Below, piece after piece: positions 7,926 through 13,724 of a DNA stretch of 32,000 nt (positions within the stretch are counted from its first letter, which is position 1; each line of letters begins with the position of its first letter). This DNA comes from Edaphobacter aggregans (lineage in GTDB: Bacteria; Acidobacteriota; Terriglobia; Terriglobales; Acidobacteriaceae): assembly GCF_003945235.1 (NCBI RefSeq), contig NZ_RSDW01000001.1, positions 180,001 to 212,000 of the forward strand, given 5' to 3'. A program made the translations under genes and the position numbers. The notes beneath the pieces are model-generated. The model did no database searches. It saw only the letters and a program-made list of their open reading frames with translations, and had not been told where the DNA came from.

Positions 7926-8178
7926 GGAAGTGACCTCGTTTCGGATGGAGTGAGCAGAGATTGCCGCGGTGAACATCAGAGATCGTGCGTTTCCTGTTGC
8001 CAGTCAGCCGGCGCGTTCCGTTGGGATAAAGCAGATTTGGGGAGAGCTACAAACGGAAGAAGGACCTCGCATCGAGGTCCTTCTGGGCATCGTCTTCCGA
8101 TCTGTAGTAGCCGGATTCTCGAGAATAGGGTCCGAACCGCGCCGTAAGCAACTTCCGGATTGAAGTAGCCTTTGTACT

Positions 8179-9048
8179 ATGGAGCCTATTCGCACGCTAT
8201 TCGCAACTCAACCCACTGAGCCGTCGGGAACAACCCTCCCCGAGGGTCTTAGCGCCAGATACGACGGAAATCTTTCTTTTCCACCCGCTCCGGAAGAGCG
8301 TCCCTATTGCATCGCAAACTTCGTGTCGACACTCGACGGTGTCGTGAGCTTCAATTTGCCGGGTCAATCGGAAGGAGCTCAGATCAGTAAGTCGAACGAA
8401 GAAGACCGGTTCATTATGGGTCTGCTGCGGGCCTCAGCAGACGCGATTCTAGTGGGCTCGGGGACTCTTCAAGCTGTTGGTCCACATGGTTCCTGGCTTC
8501 CCGAAGCTGTCTATCCGGCAGCGAAAGATTTATACCAAAAGTATCGAACCGAGGTGCTCCGAAAGCTGGAGTATCCACTCGTAGTGATTGTCACGGGAAC
8601 GGGCGGACTGGACCTCACCAGCACCGTGTTTCATACACCGCGCACGAGGGTGCTCATACTGACTACGGAACAAGGTAAAAGGAGGTTGTCGCAAGGTGGC
8701 TCGGGGGCGCTCGCCTCAGTCGAGGTGAAGGCGCTTTCTGCGGCAGAAGAGCGCATATCTCCTTCCGCGATCCTTACGTTGCTCAGGCAGGAAGCCGGAG
8801 TGGAGTTGCTGCTACACGAAGCTGGCACGACGCTCTTTGGCGAATTTCTCGCAGGTGGGTTCATGGATGAACTTTTCCTGACAGTGGCGCCTCAGATTGC
8901 GGGGAGAGACACAGTCCACCCCAGACTAGGCCTGGTTGCCAACGTTCAGTTTTCTCCCGCTACGGCTCCCTGGTGGAAGCTTCTCAGCACAAAAAGTGCA
9001 ACAGACTACCTCTTCCTGCGTTATCAGGTGTTAGATCGGGGTGCATAG
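8179..9048 (+). CDS. RibD C-terminal-domain / dihydrofolate-reductase-like reductase family protein
   Basis: 289-aa ORF. IANFVSTLDGVVSF...DRFIMGLLRASADAILVGSGTL...VVIVTGTGGLD...LLLHEAGTTLFGEFLAGGFMDELFLTVAPQIAG matches the RibD_C/DHFR-like fold pattern. Confidence 0.8.
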   Translation: MEPIRTLFATQPTEPSGTTLPEGLSARYDGNLSFPPAPEERPYCIANFVSTLDGVVSFNLPGQSEGAQISKSNEEDRFIMGLLRASADAILVGSGTLQAVGPHGSWLPEAVYPAAKDLYQKYRTEVLRKLEYPLVVIVTGTGGLDLTSTVFHTPRTRVLILTTEQGKRRLSQGGSGALASVEVKALSAAEERISPSAILTLLRQEAGVELLLHEAGTTLFGEFLAGGFMDELFLTVAPQIAGRDTVHPRLGLVANVQFSPATAPWWKLLSTKSATDYLFLRYQVLDRGA

Positions 9049-9550
9049 AAAGCCTGTACCCAATCGCTCGTGGGGATGGTCGGCAACTTCAACTCGCGGG
9101 GGGCGCCACACCCTTTCGTCCACTTTTTCGAGACCAGCTACTTCGGTGTCAGTGGGAGTTGGAAATCGACGCCTGCATCGTGATTCACTTTCTGTGTCGC
9201 AGCGAGATCAAGTTGATCGAGCGCTATATCGCGGCGCTGTTGATGCCGGACATAGAGTGTGGCGCGCGTCAGGAGGTAGTTATGAATCTGCTCTGGCGGC
9301 CCGACCGTCGTTGAAGAGAAGCGTGATAGCATCCGCGTTCTCCGCTAGAGACGGATACGGCAGCACAAACCATGTTTGATATGGATTGTAAGGCGTAGGC
9401 AGACCTTCGTCGGGTGGTTGCGACCCGTCCGATCCGCCATAGCTCGGCAGGGTCGCCGAATCATCGTAGCCGGCGGTATCAGGGTATCCAAGAAAATCAG
9501 GACCGGCCCATCTGCTAGTTGAATCGGCCCGGTTAATCGTGGGGAGCCAC

Positions 9551-9588
9551 TTGATTTCATCGCTAATCTGTGTATACTCAGTATACAC
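9551..9588 (+). promoter_or_regulatory. sigma-70-like promoter (TTGATT-N16-TATACT) overlapped by a perfect 9-bp-arm palindromic operator for the downstream YtrA-type repressor
   Basis: TTGATT at 9551-9556 and TATACT at 9573-9578, with a 16-nt spacer. The palindrome GTGTATACT c AGTATACAC spans 9570-9588 and ends 3 nt before the ATG at 9592. Confidence 0.5.
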
Positions 9589-9591
9589 GTT

Positions 9592-10020
9592 ATGCTCAGA
9601 GAACCGTCCAGCATCGTTCTGTCCCAGACCGGTGGGCCACTCTACCAGCAAATCGTGAACCAGATCAGAGAAAGAATCGCTTTCGCTGAATGGGCGCCAG
9701 GCGAGGAACTGCCCTCCATCCGCCAGCTCGCCGCCGATCTCCGCGTCAGCGTCATCACCGTCAAACGCGCCTACCTTGAGCTCGAGCGCGAAGGCGTGAT
9801 TGTCACGCAGCAGGGCAAGGGGTCCTTCGTTACCACCGATGTCGAGATCGGGGCCCAGCTCTATGAAGAGAAGATGGCTGGCCACCTGGAACAAGCCGCC
9901 CGCCTCGGCGCCACCCTCGGCATGAGCGACCGCGAAATCGTCTCGCGCCTGCGCAAAGCCCTGGACGAGGTCGAAGACCCGCGACCCGTCGCTCCAAAGA
10001 CCTCTAAGGAGTCCCAATGA
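9592..10020 (+). CDS. GntR-family transcriptional regulator, YtrA subfamily
   Basis: 142-aa ORF. Winged-HTH region PLYQQIVNQIRERIAFAEWAPGEELPSIRQLAADLRVSVITVKRAYLELEREGVIVTQQGKGSFV with a short C-terminal helical tail typical of YtrA. ATGA overlap with the next gene. Confidence 0.88.
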   Translation: MLREPSSIVLSQTGGPLYQQIVNQIRERIAFAEWAPGEELPSIRQLAADLRVSVITVKRAYLELEREGVIVTQQGKGSFVTTDVEIGAQLYEEKMAGHLEQAARLGATLGMSDREIVSRLRKALDEVEDPRPVAPKTSKESQ

Positions 10021-10913
10021 ACGAACTCAGCGTTCGCATGGAAGGCGTGAGCAAGCGATATGCTCACTTCCTGCTCGACCACATCAGCCTGGAATTGCCC
10101 GAGGGCAGCATCCTGGGTTTCATCGGCGCCAATGGAGCGGGGAAGTCCACCACCATCCGCATCCTGATGGGCCTCGTGCGTCAGGACGGCGGCTCCGTCG
10201 AGGTGCTCGGTCACCGCATGCCCGCCGAGCAGACCGCGGCGAAGCTCGACATCGGCTACGTCTCGGAAGATATGCGCCTCTACGGGGCGGCCACCCTTGC
10301 CTGGCATATGAACTTCATCGCTTCCATCTATCCGCGCTGGAACCAGGCCTACGCCGACGCGCTTTTGGGCCGGTTCGACCTCAAGCCGCAACAGAAGATC
10401 AAAGGCCTCTCGCATGGGCAGCGCGTGAAGGCCGCGATTCTACTGGCGCTGGCGCGCGAGCCGCGGCTACTTCTCCTCGACGAGCCCACCACGGGCCTCG
10501 ATCCGGTCGCGCGCCGCGAAGTGCTCGCTGAGCTCATGGCGGTTCTCACCGATGAGCACCGCACCATCCTCTTCTCCTCGCACAACACCCTCGACGTCGA
10601 GCAGATCTCCGACCGCATCGCCTTCATCGATCGTGGTCGCCTCATCGCCCTTGAGGACAAGGAAGACCTCCTGGATCGCTGGCGGCGCATCCGCCTCCTT
10701 GTACCTCCCAGCGCGGTGCTGCCGCAGCTTCCGGGGGTCGTCGAAATCAGCGGCAGCGAGCGGCTCCCGGTTATCACCACCAGCGAGTTCAACCCCGCCG
10801 TGGTCTCGCTCTGCAAGGATCGCGGCACCACCGTCCAGTCCGTCGATCCCATGACTCTCGAAGAAATCTTCGTCGCCAACGTCCAGAGCAGAAGGGAGCT
10901 TCAGCCCGCATGA
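10017..10913 (+). CDS. ABC transporter ATP-binding protein
   Basis: Walker A GANGAGKST, signature LSHGQR and Walker B LLLLDEP. Translationally coupled (ATGA overlaps) with both neighbours. Confidence 0.92.
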   Translation: MNELSVRMEGVSKRYAHFLLDHISLELPEGSILGFIGANGAGKSTTIRILMGLVRQDGGSVEVLGHRMPAEQTAAKLDIGYVSEDMRLYGAATLAWHMNFIASIYPRWNQAYADALLGRFDLKPQQKIKGLSHGQRVKAAILLALAREPRLLLLDEPTTGLDPVARREVLAELMAVLTDEHRTILFSSHNTLDVEQISDRIAFIDRGRLIALEDKEDLLDRWRRIRLLVPPSAVLPQLPGVVEISGSERLPVITTSEFNPAVVSLCKDRGTTVQSVDPMTLEEIFVANVQSRRELQPA

Positions 10914-11596
10914 AATCCCCACGCACCAATTACGCCATGGTTCGCACCCTCATCCTCAAGGATTGGTACCTCAACCGCTGGCTGATTCTCGGCTCCATCC
11001 CTGTCGGACTCGCCTCGCTCGCCATCGTCCTCACCGGCAAACAGGTCGCCTTCCTGCTCAGCATCATTTTCCTATGCATGGTGATCATCGGTGTGGGGGC
11101 GCAGCTAGCCACCGTCACCACCATCAATGAGCGCAAGGAACAGACTCTGGCCTTCATCATTAGCCTGCCCGTCTCCTGGCGCGAATACACCGCCGCCAAG
11201 ATTCTGGCCAACCTCATCATCTTTTTAATACCCTGGTTCATCGTCAGCGCGGGCGCGCTCCTGGTACTGCTCCTTCCCGGTGCCACCCATGGTCTGATCC
11301 CCTTCACCGCCATCATGGCGGTAGAAATGCTCGTCACCACCTGCCTGATCATCGCCGCCGGCGTCATCACCGAGTCGCAGGCCTGGGTGACCGTCGCGAT
11401 CGTCTGTTCGAGTCTCGGCATCAACATCCTGGGCTACGTCTTCGCGCACCTGCGCGGCATATCCGCGTACATGTTTGGTATGCAGGTGCGCTGGACCGCG
11501 ACCGCCTGGACGGTTCTGATCGCCGAAGTGCTCATGGTGCCCCTGCTTCTGGGGATGACCTTCTACATCCAATCCAGGAAGGCCGACTTTCTGTGA
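10910..11596 (+). CDS. ABC-transporter-associated integral membrane protein (putative permease, about 6 TM)
   Basis: 228-aa hydrophobic ORF with repeated about 20-aa hydrophobic stretches. Third gene of the GntR-ABC operon. Confidence 0.7.
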   Translation: MKSPRTNYAMVRTLILKDWYLNRWLILGSIPVGLASLAIVLTGKQVAFLLSIIFLCMVIIGVGAQLATVTTINERKEQTLAFIISLPVSWREYTAAKILANLIIFLIPWFIVSAGALLVLLLPGATHGLIPFTAIMAVEMLVTTCLIIAAGVITESQAWVTVAIVCSSLGINILGYVFAHLRGISAYMFGMQVRWTATAWTVLIAEVLMVPLLLGMTFYIQSRKADFL

Positions 11597-11644
11597 GATG
11601 AAAACAGGCAGAGTCACTCATTGAGCCTCTGCAATCAAGCGCAA

Positions 11645-11852
11645 AATGGCCTTGCTTGAGCAACGCACGTCCGAAAAAATGTGCTCCGGAACAAGCCTCC
11701 AGCCCTATCAGCGACGTCTGCATGTTGGCGGTGTAGGTCAGCAGCTGTCGTTGCGTGAACTTCTTTCGCACTAGCACTTTGCCGGCCACACCAAGCGCTA
11801 CCAGGTGAAACGTTGTCTTGCCGAGATCGATGCCAACCGAAGCTATTTGCAT
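11645..11852 (-). pseudogene. IS110-family transposase, N-terminal fragment only (about 70 codons)
   Basis: MQIASVGIDLGKTTFHLVALGVAGKVLVRKKFTQRQLLTYTANMQTSLIGLEACSGAHFFGRALLKQGH is the DEDD/RuvC-like N-terminus of IS110-family enzymes. Similarity stops near 11645, about 50 nt from the permease stop. Confidence 0.75.
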
Positions 11853-12248
11853 ATCGATGATCCTCCTTCTTAGAAGCTGCCACCACGATCAACCTGCCCG
11901 CGCAGGTGAATTGAGCGGCGGACCATCTCATTAGCCGCATCTCGTACAGTTGGGAGCCATGAACTCCGTCACAAACACTTCAACGATTAGCCGGTTTTAC
12001 GTCCATCTCTAACAATCTCGGCTGTGTCAATGTATTTTTGAACGTAAGACGGCACTCACTCCGAGGAGCTGTTTCGTCACGCTTTGGTGGAACAAACTCA
12101 TCATCGCCGACAAAGGTTTGCATGTAATCTTTCGGGCGGAATTCGGTCCGACCCAACCATCTCTCCGATCGCACGTTCGACCATGATTACTACTTCGAAC
12201 TCCCTGGATAGGGAGCGGGATGCCCAATCAAGTGGGCGGTGATTTACT

Positions 12249-13296
12249 TCACACCATGGACGTAAACAGGCTTTCCCGCGTGCGAACCGAACTGCAAAGT
12301 CTGTGGGTATCGAATCCCTTACGCCACATCCAGTAGAGGCTGACGGCCAGTTTGCGTGCATGGCAACCTTAGCGATGCGACGGTCGCGACGCATGGCCGG
12401 ATGAACGAAGCGGCGTCGCCAGTCGGGGTCCCAGCGGACAGCAGCCTGGGCTGCCTCCGTCAGTAGAAAGCGCAACAGAGAACTTCCTTGTTTGGTGATG
12501 TGCCCCAGTCGTTGACGATAGGCGCTGGAGTCCTCACAGGGAATGAGGCCCAGATAGCTACCTATCTGATGGCCGCAACCGAATCGATCCGGAGATCCAA
12601 GCACCAGCACAAAGGCCAGCGCTGTGATGGGTCCCACGCCGGGATGCGTCATCAACCGCAGTGCCTCGGGCCGTTTGCGTGCCTCTTGCTCGGCTGCGGC
12701 GGTAAGCTCGTCGATAGTTGTGTTCAATCGATCCACCAACTCCAGCAGGTCCTGTCGGCGCCGTGCGGCCCACGGAGCAAGCGGGAGTATCTCCAGTTGC
12801 CTTCGTCCGGTCTTGCTCCACAGTGTCTTTTTGCGCCGTACTCCCTCGTTCATCGCTGCAGCCTGGATTTGGTTCATGGCCCGCGTGCGCATCTGCACCA
12901 GGCGATGCCGATGCCAGATTAGCTGGCGTAGATCACGGTTCTCCGGAGTCGGGACCCAGATCCGGGGAAAGCGACTCTCTGCCAGTAGCCTAAGCAATAA
13001 CTGAGCATCCTGCCGATCGGTCTTTTGCTTGCGTACCCGAGCTGCCTTGATCTTGGCCGGATCCCCAATCCACAGCTCGAACTTCAACTCTGCCAGCAAT
13101 CGCTCAAACCAACGTGCATGTCCGGTGGCCTCTATTCCAACACGCACCTTGACCTGTCTTCGCTGTAGATCGCGATAGAACGCTCTGCCTCTCCATCGCT
13201 GTGGTTCAGTCGCCGTTCGCCGGTCTCGCCCGTCTCCGTATCTAAAAACGCTACCTGCTGAGCGCTTGGATGAAAATCCACTCCTACAATGATCAT
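12249..13296 (-). pseudogene. IS110-family transposase disrupted by two apparent 1-nt deletions (restored length about 349 aa)
   Basis: ATG at 13296 with RBS GAAGGAG. Frame A reads MIIVGVDFHPSAQQVAFLDTETGETGERRLNHSDGEAER and then stops. The family continues in the track frame (FYRDLQRRQVKVRVGIEATGH...HPGVGPITALAF...ITKQGSSLLR...IAKVAM). A third frame gives the typical C-terminus KLAVSLYWMWRKGFD...MV, stop at 12249. Shifts lie near 13180 and 12357-12363. 1048 nt plus 2 equals 350 codons. Confidence 0.8.
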
Positions 13297-13724
13297 GTTC
13301 GGCTCCTTCTCCCGAACCTTCTGTCGTCGATGCCCAGAGTCTAATCGCGCTTCGACAGAACAAACACTGTTATGAAATCAAGTGAACTGGATTTCTAAAC
13401 ACCGGCCGACTTCCCGTTACCAAGCGCTCCTCGATGAGTGACTCGGCGATTCATCGCTGCTGAGCTTGCGCGAGATTGCTCTGAGTTGCCCCGGCTATTT
13501 GCTTACTTATGAGATAGATCATCATCTTGCCACGGCGTCATAGAACACCGTGAATGCAATGTGGGGGAGATTCACAACTTGAAGCGATAGCTTGGATTTG
13601 TCTCTCGTCGACAAAATGATTACAGCAAGTTTGCATTCCGGTGACGCACTCAGAGTTCCTGCCGCAATATAACCTCCGCAGGGCCCCCCAAAAAAATTCA
13701 TACCTTACCGGGAGAGAACTGCGC

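Larger units (their letters stand above)
2678..7976 (-). mobile_element. replication/recombination/addiction module of a cryptic integrative element or prophage remnant; all genes on the minus strand
   Basis: Co-oriented prim-pol, SSB, Rad52-type SSAP and VapBC plus three unrecognisable small proteins. Boundaries are approximate; no flanking direct repeats were found. Confidence 0.5.

Noticed and set aside
9280-11617. Long minus-strand ORFs (9280..10017, 9861..10415, 10349..10879, 10467..10922, 10930..11427, 11225..11617) opposite the GntR/ABC/permease genes
   Set aside because: They are shadow ORFs of confidently identified + strand genes (Walker A/B, wHTH). Their translations are low-complexity and Arg/Gly/Ala/Ser-rich, with no recognisable motifs.
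12101-13363. The 420-aa track ORF taken as an intact IS110 transposase
   Set aside because: Its N-terminal about 60 and C-terminal about 80 residues are out-of-frame read-through. The family-typical N-terminus (MIIVGVDFHP...) and C-terminus (KLAVSLYWMWRKGFD) lie in other frames, so the gene is frameshifted twice.
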